33,426 bases of DNA, from the NCBI GenBank assembly GCA_965369885.1, contig CBDUSV010000003.1, forward strand, positions 1 to 33,426, given 5' to 3'. Position numbers and translations under genes: made by a program. Origin of the DNA: an uncultured bacterium. Lineage in GTDB: Bacteria; Pseudomonadota; Alphaproteobacteria; SMXQ01. This document shows positions 1-11,346 of the stretch, in pieces (the stretch's first letter is position 1; the number at the start of each line of letters is the position of its first letter). The notes beneath the pieces were generated by a model. The model was not told the origin of the DNA. It saw nothing but the letters and a program-made list of their open reading frames with translations, and searched no databases.

Positions 1-604
1 TGGTGATGCGCTGGTCGATCTGGCGGCGGTCGGCCTCGATTTGGGTTTCGCCGGGCCCGCCGAGGAAACCGAAGCCACCGCGTTGGCGCTCGAGATGGGT
101 CCAACTGCGCACCAGCCGGCTGCGTTGATAGGACAATGCGGCGAGTTCGACCTGAAGCCGCCCTTCCCGGGTTCGCGCCCGGGCGCCGAATATTTCCAGG
201 ATCAGGCCAGTGCGGTCGATGACCTTGCAGCGCCATTTAAGCTCTAAATTGCGTTGCTGCACCGGGGTCAGGGCGGCATCGACGACAACCACATCGATGC
301 GGTCCACCTTGATCACCGAAGCGATGCGGTCGATGATCCCGGCGCCAAACAGGGTCGCCGGCTGGCGCCGTTGGAGTCCGGGAGACGCGGAATAAACCAC
401 GTCGAGGGAAATCGCCGACGCCATTCCGCAAGCTTCGGCCAAACGGGATTCCGGACCGCGGTCACCGGCGCCTTTCTGGCGTATGCGGGGATGAAGCACC
501 GCCGCCCGGCCGCTGACGCCGCCGATCAACTCATCGGCCGCCGCGCGTGCGTCATTGACGGTGGCTTGCGCCGGCTTGATGTCGTGTTTGCGCTTCCGGG
601 ACAA
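1..604 (-). CDS. hflX: GTPase HflX, 5' part (runs off the window start)
   Basis: Not in the ORF track. My manual minus-strand translation gives QQRNLE..KVIDRTGLILEIFGARARTREGRLQVELAAL...RLVRSWTHLERQRGGFGFLGGPGETQIEADRR, the HflX signature. It lies directly downstream of hfq. The TTG start at 604 is tentative. Confidence 0.93.
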   Translation of the reverse strand, partial: MSRKRKHDIKPAQATVNDARAAADELIGGVSGRAAVLHPRIRQKGAGDRGPESRLAEACGMASAISLDVVYSASPGLQRRQPATLFGAGIIDRIASVIKVDRIDVVVVDAALTPVQQRNLELKWRCKVIDRTGLILEIFGARARTREGRLQVELAALSYQRSRLVRSWTHLERQRGGFGFLGGPGETQIEADRRQIDQRIT

Positions 605-614
605 TCCTCTTCGA

Positions 615-899
615 CTAACCTTCCGTGTTTCCCGCGCCCGCGCCCTCGACTTCGCCGACTTCTTCCTTGTCGCCCTCGAACAACTGGATCGGGCCGGCGG
701 GCATCACCGTGGAAATAGCGTGCTTGTAAACCAATTGGGAATGGCCATCGCGGCGTAACAGTACAGAGAAATTATCGAACCAAGAGATAATTCCTTGAAG
801 CTTGACCCCATTGACCAGGAAAACCGTCACCGGTGTCTTGTTTTTCCGGATATGGTTTAGAAACACATCCTGTAAATTTTGATTTCTGTCTGTGGACAT
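615..899 (-). CDS. hfq: RNA chaperone Hfq
   Basis: [33 protein letters not shown]...[11 protein letters not shown] Sm1/Sm2 motifs, acidic C-terminal tail, hfq-hflX order. Confidence 0.98.
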   Translation of the reverse strand: MSTDRNQNLQDVFLNHIRKNKTPVTVFLVNGVKLQGIISWFDNFSVLLRRDGHSQLVYKHAISTVMPAGPIQLFEGDKEEVGEVEGAGAGNTEG

Positions 900-988
900 G
901 GTTTGACCCCGTTTTTATTGATTTCTGGGGATAGAGGCAGTTGCCACCGGCACTGCCGAACGAAGCGTCCCTTAAAGCACGTATTTTT

Positions 989-1693
989 TCAAAACTCTTC
1001 TGTACTAGATGTGGGACGGTAAAGGTCCTGAACGAGTTGTGCAAGCTCCATACAACCGCCGAGCGTTAAATTTTCTTCCAATCCGTTTTCTTTCGCGCCA
1101 CCCGATGTGTGGGGGGACTCGTTGTCACGGTGGAGTATAACCGCTGTCAGGCCCGCATTTTGGGCGCATTCGATGTCGATATCGGCGTCGCCGACGAACC
1201 ACACCTCCGGGCCCCGGGCAATCAGACTGCCGTCAAGCGCCAATTCCACCGGGGCCACCGCCGGCTTGTCCTGGTCCGCGTCCATCGCGCCGATCAGCTT
1301 GGCAAAATAACCGGTCCAACCCAGGTGGTCGGCTTCGCGGCGCAGATAGTCGCCCATCTTGTTGCTGACGACGCCGAGATAGAGCCCCTCTCCTGCCAGC
1401 GCCGCAAGCATTTCACCGGCGCCACCGATCGGCTTCAGGGTCTCCAGATGGGAAGCGGCGAAACTCCGGTAGAAGATATCTCTGGCCTCGTGCCAACGCT
1501 CTCCGAACATTTCGGGGAAGCTGTCACGCAGGGATTTCTGAACCCGTTGCCGGGTCTGGGCATCTGTCCAGGTGTCCTGACCCATGGCCGAGAGCGTGCT
1601 GTTCAGCGCCGCGTGGATCGCGCCCCAATTGTCGACCAGGGTGTTGTCCCAGTCGAACAGGATGGCCCGGGGCCGTGGCGGGGCGCCGGTCAT
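989..1693 (-). CDS. HAD-superfamily hydrolase (phosphoglycolate phosphatase-like)
   Basis: Motif I FDWDNTLVD, motif II VVSNK, motif III KP and motif IV VGDADID. Start overlaps the upstream dat stop (ATGA). Confidence 0.9.
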   Translation of the reverse strand: MTGAPPRPRAILFDWDNTLVDNWGAIHAALNSTLSAMGQDTWTDAQTRQRVQKSLRDSFPEMFGERWHEARDIFYRSFAASHLETLKPIGGAGEMLAALAGEGLYLGVVSNKMGDYLRREADHLGWTGYFAKLIGAMDADQDKPAVAPVELALDGSLIARGPEVWFVGDADIDIECAQNAGLTAVILHRDNESPHTSGGAKENGLEENLTLGGCMELAQLVQDLYRPTSSTEEF

Positions 1694-2583
1694 AATCTTT
1701 CCTTTGAGCTTTCTTCCCGGGTTTCCTCCGGGCCTTTTCCCGCCATGTGGGCGATATAGGCTTGGCGCAGTTCGCGGCTGAACCGGCCGGGCCGGCCGTC
1801 GCCGATCGCCTCATCATCGATGCGGACCACCGGCAGAACGAATGTGGTGGTGCTGGTGAGGAAGGCCTCCCGGGCTTTGAGCGCCTGGTCACGGGTGAAG
1901 GCGCGCTCTGCCACCTCGAGACCTTGGGAGCGCGCCAGATCGAGGATCGCGCGGCGGGTTACGCCTTCGAGAATCGCATGGTCGGCCTGGCGCGTGATCA
2001 GCCGTTTGTCGCCGTCGATGATCCAGGCATTGGTCGATGTCCCCTCGGTGATGAAGCCGTCCTGGTCGAGAAACCATGCCTCGAAGGCGCCGGCGTCCCG
2101 CGCCATCTGCTTTCCCAAGACATTGGGCAGCAATGATACGGACTTGATATCGCATCTTTTCCAGCGAATATCCGGGATCGTGATGACGCTGATGCCGGCT
2201 TCCGCCAGGGCGTCATTGCCGCGCCCGTGACGTCTTGCCGTGATCACCACCGAAGGGCGGAGGTAGCCGGGAAAGACATGGTCGCGGGGCGCCACGCCAC
2301 GGGTAATCTGGATATAGAGCATGCCGTCTCGCAGGCGGTTGCGGCGCAGCACCTGGTTCATGACGATGGTGAGGGCCGGCCGCGACATCGGCAAGGGAAT
2401 GCGGAGCGCCGCGAGGGAGCGTTCTAGACGGTCGAGATGGCGTACGCGGTCGACCATGCCCCCGCCATTGATCGCCACCACCTCGTAAACCCCGTCGGCG
2501 AACTGGTAGCCCCGGTCCTCGACATGCACCGCGGCCCGGTGATAATCCAGATAGAGACCGTTGACATAAGTGATACGGGACAT
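1690..2583 (-). CDS. dat: D-amino-acid aminotransferase (class IV PLP enzyme)
   Basis: True start is MSRITYVNG (ATG at 2583). Motifs EDRGYQFADGVYEV, YIQITRG, RCDIKS, EGTSTN, ILEGVTR, EAFLTSTT. The track's 94-aa N-terminal extension overlaps trkA and is spurious. Confidence 0.9.
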   Translation of the reverse strand: MSRITYVNGLYLDYHRAAVHVEDRGYQFADGVYEVVAINGGGMVDRVRHLDRLERSLAALRIPLPMSRPALTIVMNQVLRRNRLRDGMLYIQITRGVAPRDHVFPGYLRPSVVITARRHGRGNDALAEAGISVITIPDIRWKRCDIKSVSLLPNVLGKQMARDAGAFEAWFLDQDGFITEGTSTNAWIIDGDKRLITRQADHAILEGVTRRAILDLARSQGLEVAERAFTRDQALKAREAFLTSTTTFVLPVVRIDDEAIGDGRPGRFSRELRQAYIAHMAGKGPEETREESSKERL

Positions 2584-2602
2584 TCGAACGGCCAGCGGGC
2601 TC

Positions 2603-3979
2603 TTAGAAGAATTCGAGACGTACGGCAAACATCTTCTCGACCTGCCTGACCGCGTCGGCGGCCGCCATGACAATGACCCGGTCGTTGGTCTGCACCACGG
2701 TATCGCCGCTGGGAATGATGACCTCGTCATCGCGGACGATGGCGCCGAGAATGACGCCGGGCGGCATCTTGATTTCGCGCAACGGCGTCCCCACCAGGGA
2801 CGATGTCTCCAACGCCTCGGCCTCGATGATCTCGCCCACCCCCTCGCGCAGGGAATGGACGGCACGAATACGGCCGCGGCGGATATGCTGGAGGATGGTG
2901 GAGACGGTGATGGCGCGCGGGCTGACCACGGCGTCGATGCCGAGCGTGGTCATCAACGGCGTGTAGGTGGTGGTGTTGATCAAGGTCACCGCCCGCTGGC
3001 AGCCGTAACGTTTGGCCAGCAACGAAGCGAGAATATTGACCTCGTCGTCATTGGTCACCGCGATCACGGCCTCGGCCTGGGAGACGTTGGCTTCATCGAG
3101 GATTTCCGGATCCAGGGCATCGCCATGGAGCACCACGGTTGAGTTGAGCCCGTTGGTCGCCAGCTTGGCTTTTTCACGGTCGAGTTCGATGATCTTGACC
3201 GACACTCCGGGATGGCTTTCCTCGATCTCATGGGCGAGAAAGCACCCGATATTGCCGCCGCCGAGGATGATGATGCGCCGGGCCTCGGTCTCTTCGTGGC
3301 CGAAGGCCATCATGGTGCGGGCGACGTGGTTGCTGTCGGCCACGAAATAGACCTCGTCGCCGGGCAACAAATGGTCGTTGCCGGACGGCACGAAGGCCTG
3401 GTCGTCGCGGATGACACAGACGACGATGATGTTGAGGGCGGGAAACAGTTCGGTCAACTGGCGCAATGGGGTGTTCACAAGGGGGCAATCTTCGGTGCAC
3501 CTCACCCCAACCGTCTTCACCTTGCCGTCGGCAAGGGGGATCATGTCGAAGGCGCCGGGCACCTGAAGGCGCCGTCCTATGGCCCGGCCGACTTCGATTT
3601 CCGGAGAAATGATGACGTCGATCGGCATGTGGTCGCGGCTGAACAGATCGGCCCAGATCGGCTGCAAATAGCTTTGGTGCCTGACCCGGGCGATCTTGGT
3701 CGGCACCTTGAACAGGGAATGGGCGACCTGACAGGCCACCATGTTGACCTCGTCGGCGTAGGTGACGGCGATGATCATGTCGGCATCGGCGGCGCCTGCC
3801 GCCTCGAGGTCGTCGGGATGGGAGGCAAAGCCCTCCATCGCCTTGACGTCGAGGGAATCACTGAGTTTCCGGATCAGTTCCGGTGATTGGTCGATGACCG
3901 TGACATCGTTGTTCTCACCGGCCAAATGGCGCACGATGCTGCTTCCCACTTGGCCGGCACCGCATACGATCACTTTCAT
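2603..3979 (-). CDS. trkA: Trk potassium uptake system NAD-binding subunit TrkA
   Basis: 458 aa with two RCK_N Rossmann motifs (GAGQVG, GGGNIG) and two RCK_C domains. Typical ntrX-trkA order. Confidence 0.96.
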   Translation of the reverse strand: MKVIVCGAGQVGSSIVRHLAGENNDVTVIDQSPELIRKLSDSLDVKAMEGFASHPDDLEAAGAADADMIIAVTYADEVNMVACQVAHSLFKVPTKIARVRHQSYLQPIWADLFSRDHMPIDVIISPEIEVGRAIGRRLQVPGAFDMIPLADGKVKTVGVRCTEDCPLVNTPLRQLTELFPALNIIVVCVIRDDQAFVPSGNDHLLPGDEVYFVADSNHVARTMMAFGHEETEARRIIILGGGNIGCFLAHEIEESHPGVSVKIIELDREKAKLATNGLNSTVVLHGDALDPEILDEANVSQAEAVIAVTNDDEVNILASLLAKRYGCQRAVTLINTTTYTPLMTTLGIDAVVSPRAITVSTILQHIRRGRIRAVHSLREGVGEIIEAEALETSSLVGTPLREIKMPPGVILGAIVRDDEVIIPSGDTVVQTNDRVIVMAAADAVRQVEKMFAVRLEFF

Positions 3980-3999
3980 GATATTCGCTACCCGGTTGT

Positions 4000-4044
4000 T
4001 AGAAACGGGCCCCCAGTCTTAGACAAGGAAGTTCCTAGACAAGG
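4000..4044. repeat. Short direct repeat in the ntrX-trkA spacer
   Basis: TAGACAAGG at 4020-4028 and 4036-4044, plus a degenerate TAGAAACGG at 4000-4008. Confidence 0.5.
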
Positions 4045-4053
4045 CAGTGCCCC

Positions 4054-5451
4054 TCACGCCGAGGCCCGTTCGCCGCTGGCAATGCCGAGGGATTTCAATT
4101 TGCGGTGCAAGGCCGAACGTTCCATGCCGATGAAGGCGGCGGTACGGGAAATATTGCCGCCGAAACGCACGATCTGCGCCGCCAAATAATCGCGTTCGAA
4201 GATCTCGCGCGCCTCGCGCAAGGACAGGCCCATGATCTCTTCGTTACGGTCCGAGGCCAAAGCCGTCGGCGCAATGTCACTGATCTCCGGCGGCAGCATG
4301 TCGGAACGGATCGGCGCCTTGACATCCCCCGGCGCCATGATCAGAAGCCATTCGACGACATTGCGCAATTGACGCACATTGCCGGGCCAGTCATGGCCCT
4401 GCAATGCCGCCATGGCGTCTTCACTGATCTGGCGCTCGACGGTTCCCGCGGCCCGGGCCGAACGGGCCATGAAATAGTGGGCCAGCAACGGGATGTCTTC
4501 GCGCCGATCACGCAAAGGCGGCACCGTGATGGGCACGACATTGAGCCGGTAGAACAGGTCTTCGCGGAAATTGCCGGAACCGATTTCCTCTTGAAGGTCA
4601 TGACTGGTGGAGGCGATGACCCGAACATCGACTTCGACCTTGGTGTTGCCGCCGACCCGCTCGAAGGTCTGTTCGTGCAGCACCCGCACAATCCGCCCCT
4701 GGGTCTCGATCGGCATGTCGGCGACTTCGTCGAGCAACAAGGTTCCGCCATGGGCGGCCTCGAAGGTGCCGGTGTGGCGCGGGCTGTCCTTGGTCTCGAA
4801 ACCGGGCTCGGTGCCGAACAGCTCGGCCTCGAGATGTTCCGGCAGCATGGTGGCGCAATTCAGCACCACGAAGGGGGCCTTGGCCCGCCCCGAGCGCGCG
4901 TGCAGCAAACGCGCCACCACTTCCTTGCCGCTGCCGGCGGGCCCGGTGATCAGGACGCGGCTGCCGGAAGGTGCGACCCGGTTGATGGCGGCTTCCATCT
5001 GATTGATGATCGCCGAGTGACCGATAAGTTCGACCTCCGGGCCGGCAAGGAGGCGCAGCTCCTGGTTTTCACGGCGCAGCCGCGCCGCCTCGATGGCGCG
5101 GCTGACGACATGCAACAAGCGGTCCGACTTGAAGGGCTTCTCGATATAGTCATAGGCGCCATGCTTGATGGCTCGGACCGCGGTCTCGATGTTGCCGTGG
5201 CCACTGATCATCACCACCGGAAGCTCGGGATTTTCGCGTTTGACGATGTCGAGGATATCGAGGCCATCCATGTCGCTGCCCTGCAGCCAGATATCAAGAA
5301 CCACAAGACTGGGCCGGCGGACCTGGATTTCCCGCAAGGCCGATTCGGCATCGCCGGCATCGCGGGGCTCATAGCCTTCGTCCTTGAGAATGCCGCCGAT
5401 CAGCATTCTGATGTCGGCTTCGTCGTCAACGATGAGAACGTCAGGATTCAT
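4054..5451 (-). CDS. ntrX: Response regulator NtrX (REC-AAA+-Fis HTH)
   Basis: Receiver domain (VDDE, LDIWL, ISGHG), Walker A GPAGSGKE, Walker [26 protein letters not shown], and HTH GNISRTAAFIGMERSALHRKLK. No GAFTGA loop, as is typical for NtrX. Downstream of ntrY. Confidence 0.95.
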   Translation of the reverse strand: MNPDVLIVDDEADIRMLIGGILKDEGYEPRDAGDAESALREIQVRRPSLVVLDIWLQGSDMDGLDILDIVKRENPELPVVMISGHGNIETAVRAIKHGAYDYIEKPFKSDRLLHVVSRAIEAARLRRENQELRLLAGPEVELIGHSAIINQMEAAINRVAPSGSRVLITGPAGSGKEVVARLLHARSGRAKAPFVVLNCATMLPEHLEAELFGTEPGFETKDSPRHTGTFEAAHGGTLLLDEVADMPIETQGRIVRVLHEQTFERVGGNTKVEVDVRVIASTSHDLQEEIGSGNFREDLFYRLNVVPITVPPLRDRREDIPLLAHYFMARSARAAGTVERQISEDAMAALQGHDWPGNVRQLRNVVEWLLIMAPGDVKAPIRSDMLPPEISDIAPTALASDRNEEIMGLSLREAREIFERDYLAAQIVRFGGNISRTAAFIGMERSALHRKLKSLGIASGERASA

Positions 5452-7702
5452 TTGCAGCGGTTTTTAAATTTGCAGGGATGTCTTCGGCAGGCCGCGGGGC
5501 ATTTTCGTCCTTGGCAAAAACCAAGCTTACCCGAGCGCCACCGCCTTCACGATTACCAAATACCAATTCACCCTTGTGATCTTCCATTATTTTCTTGACG
5601 ATGGCTAGGCCCAGGCCGGTTCCATCGCTTCGCGTCGTCACATAGGGTTCAGTAATATCCTTGCTGCGGCCGGAGGGCAATCCGATACCGCTGTCCTCTA
5701 TGGTGACGGCAATATGATCGTCACTATCCTTGACGAACACCCATATCTCGCGATCGCCGGGATCGGTCTTTCGGTTGCGTTCGTTGATCGAATCGGCGGC
5801 ATTTTGCAACAGGTTGGTCAGGGCCTGGCCGATCTGACGGTCGTCGCAGACGATTTCCATATCCTGGTCGGGCAATTCATTATGGTACTCGATATCCCGA
5901 TTGGCGTTCTTTTGCAGAAATACCATCCGGCGCACGATCTCGGATAGGCTGCGGTGATCGAAGACCGGCGCCGGCATGCGGGCAAAGGCCGAGAACTCAT
6001 CAAGCATGCCGCCAATATCATCGACCTGGCGGATAATGGTGTCGACACAGATCTCGAAGGTTTCGCGGTCGCTTTCGATCTCGGCCAGGTATTTGCGTTT
6101 TAGCCGGTCGGCCGACAACTGGATCGGGGTCAGCGGGTTCTTGATTTCATGGGCCAGGCGCCGGGCGACATCGGCCCAGGTCGCCTGGCGTTGCGCCGAC
6201 AACAACTCGGTGATGTCGTCGAAGGTCACGACGAAGCCCCTGATCTCGGCATTGTCGCGTTCGGCGGCGATGCGGACCAGCAGGGTATGTGGCCGGCCCT
6301 CTCGGACCAGTTCGATTTGCGATTCGCTGAGACGGCCAGGCCTTTTTCCGGCGGTCTCCAACAGTTCGGCCATCTCCGGCACCACTTCACCGAGCGGGGC
6401 GCCGATCAGGCCATGAAGATCGGTGAACAGCAACGCCGATGCCGACCGGTTGGGGAAATTGATTTTGCCCTCGCGGTCGAGTCCGATGACACCGGCGGAA
6501 ACCCCCGACAGCACGGTTTCCATGAAACGGCGGCGCACATCGAGTTGACGGTTGGCTTCGACCAGTTCCCCACGCTGCTCGCCAAGCTGAATGATCATGC
6601 GGTTGAAGGCGCGGCTAAGGCTGCCGAGCTCGTCATTCTCGGTCCCTTCATCGACCCGGGCCTCGAGATCGCCCGACCGCACCCGCTCGGCGGCGGTCAC
6701 CAGGCCACTGACCGGACGCACCAATTGATTGGCCAGATTGAGCCCGACCCACACCGCCGCCAGCAACATCAACAACGCCACCACCACGAAGAACAGGACG
6801 AAGGTGATCTGCAGGCCCGACCGCCGCTTCTCCAATTGCTCATACTCGCGGACCGCCCCTTTGGTCCGGTCCATATGGCTCAACACCGACCGTTCGATGA
6901 CCCGGCCGACATAGAGGTAGGTGTCAAAGAATTGATCGAGGCGCACCAGGGCCCTGATGCGGGCAGAGTTATCGTCTAGCAGTATGACGACTTTGTTGTT
7001 GTTGGTCTTATCCAACAGCGACATCGGCAAGGGGTCGAATTCAAGGACGAAGCTCATTCGCGCCCGCGCCAGGATGCGTCCCGAGCCGTCAAAGACAATG
7101 GCTTCCGAAAGATCACGCAGGCCAGCCTGGGCGCTGACCTGGCGGCTTAATTCCCGTGGATTTCCCAGGATCCGGGGTCCCAGCCGGTTGAGATCGGTGG
7201 CCATGGCCAAGGCATCGCCGCGGATCACCTGTTTGTGTTCCTTGACATAGGATTCGGCGACGACGAGGGATTCCTTAATCGCCGTCCGCACCCGGTCACT
7301 GAACCAGGATTCGATGCCGAAGTTGAAAAACAACACCGAGAATACGGCGACGATGATCGTCGGTGTCACCGCCACCAGGGAGAACATCACCACCAGGCGA
7401 ATATGCAGCCGCGATCCAGCCGAGCCACGGCGGCGCTCGACCCAGACCTGAACGATACGCCGCGCCACCAAGCTGCCCAGTGCCAACAGCAAGACCAGAT
7501 CGAGATTGAGAAGGACGAGAATGACCGTCGGGTTGGGACTGAAAGGCGCCGATCCGGTGAAGGCGGCATATGTCGCGAAACCCGAGACGATGGCCGAGAT
7601 CATCAGCGCGATGGCGAGCTTTTTCGCCAGGCCGACACGGCCGGCCCACAGCGTCAACCGTCCGGTCCAACCGGAAAGGGTCCCTGCCGTATCACTCAGC
7701 AT
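5441..7702 (-). CDS. ntrY: Sensor histidine kinase NtrY (TM-HAMP-PAS-HisKA-HATPase)
   Basis: N-terminal TM helices, HAMP (DELGSLSRAFNRM), PAS, H-box WADVARRLAHEIKNPLTPIQLSA, N box NLLQNA, G box GTGLGLAIV. ATG at 7702 chosen as start. Confidence 0.95.
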   Translation of the reverse strand: MLSDTAGTLSGWTGRLTLWAGRVGLAKKLAIALMISAIVSGFATYAAFTGSAPFSPNPTVILVLLNLDLVLLLALGSLVARRIVQVWVERRRGSAGSRLHIRLVVMFSLVAVTPTIIVAVFSVLFFNFGIESWFSDRVRTAIKESLVVAESYVKEHKQVIRGDALAMATDLNRLGPRILGNPRELSRQVSAQAGLRDLSEAIVFDGSGRILARARMSFVLEFDPLPMSLLDKTNNNKVVILLDDNSARIRALVRLDQFFDTYLYVGRVIERSVLSHMDRTKGAVREYEQLEKRRSGLQITFVLFFVVVALLMLLAAVWVGLNLANQLVRPVSGLVTAAERVRSGDLEARVDEGTENDELGSLSRAFNRMIIQLGEQRGELVEANRQLDVRRRFMETVLSGVSAGVIGLDREGKINFPNRSASALLFTDLHGLIGAPLGEVVPEMAELLETAGKRPGRLSESQIELVREGRPHTLLVRIAAERDNAEIRGFVVTFDDITELLSAQRQATWADVARRLAHEIKNPLTPIQLSADRLKRKYLAEIESDRETFEICVDTIIRQVDDIGGMLDEFSAFARMPAPVFDHRSLSEIVRRMVFLQKNANRDIEYHNELPDQDMEIVCDDRQIGQALTNLLQNAADSINERNRKTDPGDREIWVFVKDSDDHIAVTIEDSGIGLPSGRSKDITEPYVTTRSDGTGLGLAIVKKIMEDHKGELVFGNREGGGARVSLVFAKDENAPRPAEDIPANLKTAANES

Positions 7703-7778
7703 CAAAAAAACCGTTGCCCGGCCGCACCGGGAAAAGGGTTGGGGTCAAAGACGCCGGGTAAGTGGTCGTTTCCGGGGG

Positions 7779-9221
7779 TCATTTTATGCCGCGCACCACT
7801 TGGATGTCCAACTCACGCAGCTTCTTGCGCAGGGTGTTGCGGTTGAGGCCAAGAAGCTTGGCCGCCCTGATCTGATTGCCTCGCATCGTCGCCAGCGACA
7901 GCGATAGCAACGGCCGCTCGATCTCATGCAGAACGCGTTCATAGAGGCCAGGCGGCGGCAAGCCGTCCTTGTGGGCGGAAAAGTAATTCTTGAGGTGGCG
8001 TTCAACGGCGCCACCGAGACTCTCCTTGTCGTCGGCGCCAAGTGAAGGCGACGTGGCGACATCGGTGAGTTCGGCCTCGATCACATCTATACCGATGACC
8101 TCCTGGGAATAGAGCGCGGCCAGACGGCGTACCAAATTTTCCAGCTCGCGGACATTGCCGGGCCAGCGGTAGCTCTTGAGCCTGTCCATGGCGCCATCAT
8201 CGATGCGCTTTTCCGGCAACCCCTCGAGAGCGGCCTGGGCGAGAAAATGCCCCACCAGCTCGGGAATGTCTTCGGAGCGTTCCCGCAAGGGCGGCAGCCG
8301 GATCGGCACCACATTGAGGCGATAGAACAAGTCCTCGCGGAACATGCCCTGATGAATCAGCTGGCGCAGGTCGTGGTGGGTGGCGGCGATAATGCGGACA
8401 TTGGTGCGGATCGCGGTGCGTCCGCCAACCGTGGTGTACTCGCCTTCCTGCAATACCCTGAGCAACCGGGTCTGGGCCTCGATCGGCATATCGCCGATTT
8501 CGTCGAGGAACAGGGTGCCACCTTCGGCCTGCTCGAAGCGGCCAAGTTGGCGATGGGTGGCGCCGGTGAACGAGCCGCGCTCGTGACCGAACAATTCGCT
8601 TTCGATCAGCTCACGGGGCACCGCCGCCATGTTGATGGCGACAAAGGGGCCCTTGCGGCGCTGGCCGAAATCGTGAAGCGCCCGGGCCACCAACTCCTTG
8701 CCGGTTCCGGATTCGCCGCTGATCATGACGCTGAGCTCGGTGTTGATGAGCCGTGCCAGGGTCCGGTAAATCTCCTGCATGGCCGGCGAGCGTCCGATCA
8801 GGGGCAGCTTCTCCTCACCGTCCTGGGCAGCATCGGGGCCGGTGTCATTTCCTGTCGGCGTCGCCAGGGCGCGCTCGACCACATTGACCAGGTCATTGAG
8901 GTCGAAGGGTTTCGGCAAATATTCGAAGGCGCCGCGTTGTGCCGCCCTCACCGCGGTCAACATGGTGTTCTGGGCGCTCATGGCGATGATTCTGAGTTCC
9001 GGCCGGTTCTTGCGGATGCGCGGTATGAGGTCGAGCCCGTTTTCGTCGGGCAAGATCACGTCGGTAATCACCAAGTCCCCTTCACCATCGGCAACCCAGC
9101 GCCACAGCGTCGCGGCATTTCCGGTGGTGCGAACCCGGTATCCCTCCCGCGCCAGGGCTTGGCTCAGGACCGTGCGGATGGCCTGGTCGTCGTCGGCAAT
9201 GAGAATGGTCGAGTCTTCCAT
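7779..9221 (-). CDS. ntrC: Nitrogen regulatory protein NtrC (sigma54 activator)
   Basis: Receiver (ADDD, ITDV), [64 protein letters not shown] at 9221 overlaps the ntrB stop. Confidence 0.96.
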   Translation of the reverse strand: MEDSTILIADDDQAIRTVLSQALAREGYRVRTTGNAATLWRWVADGEGDLVITDVILPDENGLDLIPRIRKNRPELRIIAMSAQNTMLTAVRAAQRGAFEYLPKPFDLNDLVNVVERALATPTGNDTGPDAAQDGEEKLPLIGRSPAMQEIYRTLARLINTELSVMISGESGTGKELVARALHDFGQRRKGPFVAINMAAVPRELIESELFGHERGSFTGATHRQLGRFEQAEGGTLFLDEIGDMPIEAQTRLLRVLQEGEYTTVGGRTAIRTNVRIIAATHHDLRQLIHQGMFREDLFYRLNVVPIRLPPLRERSEDIPELVGHFLAQAALEGLPEKRIDDGAMDRLKSYRWPGNVRELENLVRRLAALYSQEVIGIDVIEAELTDVATSPSLGADDKESLGGAVERHLKNYFSAHKDGLPPPGLYERVLHEIERPLLSLSLATMRGNQIRAAKLLGLNRNTLRKKLRELDIQVVRGIK

Positions 9222-10342
9222 CAAGATGTCTCCACGCTTTCCAAAACCGGCAGGAACACACGGAACATGGTGCGCCGCGGTTGACTGTCGAATTCGATGA
9301 CGCCGCCGAAATCACCGACGATCTTGGCAACCAGGGCCAGGCCCAAGCCGCTGCCATTGACCTTGGTGGTCACGAAGGGATCGAACAGATGGGGCCTGAG
9401 ATCCTCCGGGATGCCCTCGCCATTGTCCTGCACGCTGGCCACCAGGGGCAGCCGGGTGCGGACATCGCTGCCGGGAACGGCAAGGCGCACGCCATGCTGG
9501 AAGGCCGTGGAGAGGACAATTTCACCGCCATTGTCGGGCACCGCCTCGGCGGCATTCTTGATCAGGTTGAGGAACACCTGGATCAACTGGTCACGGTTGC
9601 CGAGAACCGGGGGTAGCGAGGGATCGTAACGTTCGATGAAGCTGACATTGCGGCCGAAGCCGTTCTGGGCAAGGCGGCGCACATGTTCGAGCACTTGGTG
9701 GATGTTGACCGGCGTGCGTTCGATGCTGGGGTCGTTGGAAAAAATCTCCATGCGGTCGACCAGTGCGCAAATGCGGTCGGTCTCCTCGCAAATCAGATTG
9801 GTCAGGCCGCGATCATTGCTATCCAGGTTGCGCTCGAGAAGTTGGGCGGCGCCGCGGATTCCCGAAAGCGGGTTCTTGACCTCATGGGCCAGCATGGCGG
9901 CCATGGCGGTGACCGAACGGGCGGCGTTGCGATGCACCAAGGAGTGGTCGATCTTGTGGGCGATTGAACGTTCGGCGAAGGAAATCACCACGCCGCCCGT
10001 ACGTTCGCTCAAGGGCGCGACCTGGATGTTGAGCAAATGGGGACCGATCCTTGGGGTCTGCAGGGAAATACCATATTCGGAAACGCTGATGCCGCTCTGG
10101 CGCACCTGGTTGACCAGGGACATGATCGGGCTGTCGGCGGGAATCAGTCTGTCGAGGGGGTGGTTGCAGATTTGCTGGGAGCTGTTGTGGAAAAACTGCT
10201 CGGCGGCCGAATTGACGAAATCGATGATGCCTTCGGCGCCAACCACCATGACTGGGTCGACCAGTGAATTGAGAATGGCTTCCGAAGCCCTCTCATTGGT
10301 TGCGTCGCCGCCAAGGGCGGGAGCTGCCGCGTCCGTGGTCAT
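9221..10342 (-). CDS. ntrB: Nitrogen regulation histidine kinase NtrB
   Basis: PAS domain, H-box [54 protein letters not shown]. Lies between dusB and ntrC. Confidence 0.96.
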   Translation of the reverse strand: MTTDAAAPALGGDATNERASEAILNSLVDPVMVVGAEGIIDFVNSAAEQFFHNSSQQICNHPLDRLIPADSPIMSLVNQVRQSGISVSEYGISLQTPRIGPHLLNIQVAPLSERTGGVVISFAERSIAHKIDHSLVHRNAARSVTAMAAMLAHEVKNPLSGIRGAAQLLERNLDSNDRGLTNLICEETDRICALVDRMEIFSNDPSIERTPVNIHQVLEHVRRLAQNGFGRNVSFIERYDPSLPPVLGNRDQLIQVFLNLIKNAAEAVPDNGGEIVLSTAFQHGVRLAVPGSDVRTRLPLVASVQDNGEGIPEDLRPHLFDPFVTTKVNGSGLGLALVAKIVGDFGGVIEFDSQPRRTMFRVFLPVLESVETS

Positions 10343-11346
10343 GCCACCGCCCTCACCCCGGTTTCAGCATCAGCGGCAATCAGGGGTTGGTAGAAGGCGC
10401 GGACCATGTTCCGCACGCTGGTGGCGTCGGCCAGCTTGAACACGGCGTTGCGGAACGCGGCCGAACCGTGAAGCCCGGCGCTATACCAGCCAAGATGCTT
10501 GCGGGCCATGCGCACGCCACCGGTGGTGCCGTAATGGCTCAGCATATGGTCGAAATGGCGGAGCAGGATTTCAAGCTGTTCAGCCAGCGATGGGTCGGCC
10601 TTACGCTCGCCGGTTCGCAGATAATGCATGACCTGGCCCGGGAACCACGGCCGTCCGCAGGCACCGCGCCCGATCATGACGCCATCGGCGCCGGACTGGT
10701 CCATCATCTCCTTGGCATCATCCAAACTGGTGACGTCGCCATTGCCGATCACCGGGATCGAAACCGCCTGCTTGACCCGGCGGATGGCCTTCCAGTCCGA
10801 GGCGCCCTTGTAGAACTGGCAGCGGGTGCGGCCATGCACCGTGATCATCTTGATACCGCTCTGTTCCGCGATCCTGGCGATCGTGGGCGCGTTGAGGTGA
10901 CGGTCATCCCAGCCCAAACGCATCTTCAGGGTCACCGGCAGATCCACCGCCTTGACCGCGGCCTCGAGGATGCGTCCCGCCAAGGCCTCGTCGCGCATCA
11001 GGGCAGAGCCCGCCTCCTTACTGACGATCTTCTTCACCGGACAGCCCATGTTGATGTCGATGATGGCGGCGCCACGCTCGGCGCTGAGTTTTGCCGCCTC
11101 GGCGACGATTTCAGGCTCACAGCCGGCCAGCTGCACCGCCATGGGGAATTCCTCGGCGCAGTTGTCGGCCATCTTGAGAGTGCGCCGGGTCTCGCGGATC
11201 ATGGCCTGGCTGGCGATCATCTCCGACACCACCAATCCGGCGCCCAGGCCCTTGACCAGGCGGCGGAACGGCAGATCGCTCACCCCCGACATAGGGGCGA
11301 GGATCACGGGGTCCTTCAGGCTGATGGAGCCGAGTTCAATGGCCAT
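10339..11346 (-). CDS. dusB: tRNA-dihydrouridine synthase DusB (NifR3)
   Basis: [54 protein letters not shown]. First gene of the nifR3-ntrBC operon. Confidence 0.96.
   Translation of the reverse strand: MAIELGSISLKDPVILAPMSGVSDLPFRRLVKGLGAGLVVSEMIASQAMIRETRRTLKMADNCAEEFPMAVQLAGCEPEIVAEAAKLSAERGAAIIDINMGCPVKKIVSKEAGSALMRDEALAGRILEAAVKAVDLPVTLKMRLGWDDRHLNAPTIARIAEQSGIKMITVHGRTRCQFYKGASDWKAIRRVKQAVSIPVIGNGDVTSLDDAKEMMDQSGADGVMIGRGACGRPWFPGQVMHYLRTGERKADPSLAEQLEILLRHFDHMLSHYGTTGGVRMARKHLGWYSAGLHGSAAFRNAVFKLADATSVRNMVRAFYQPLIAADAETGVRAVA

Noticed and set aside
2584-2865. N-terminal extensions in the track (dat from 2865; likewise ratA 16031, PFOR 20568, eno 22628, ppiD 27074, typA 30862)
   Set aside because: They overlap upstream genes or lack an RBS. 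Internal starts match family N-termini better.
8559-8576. NtrC has GSFTGA instead of GAFTGA
   Set aside because: This is a known, generally functional variant among sigma54 activators. The absence of the loop in NtrX is also normal.
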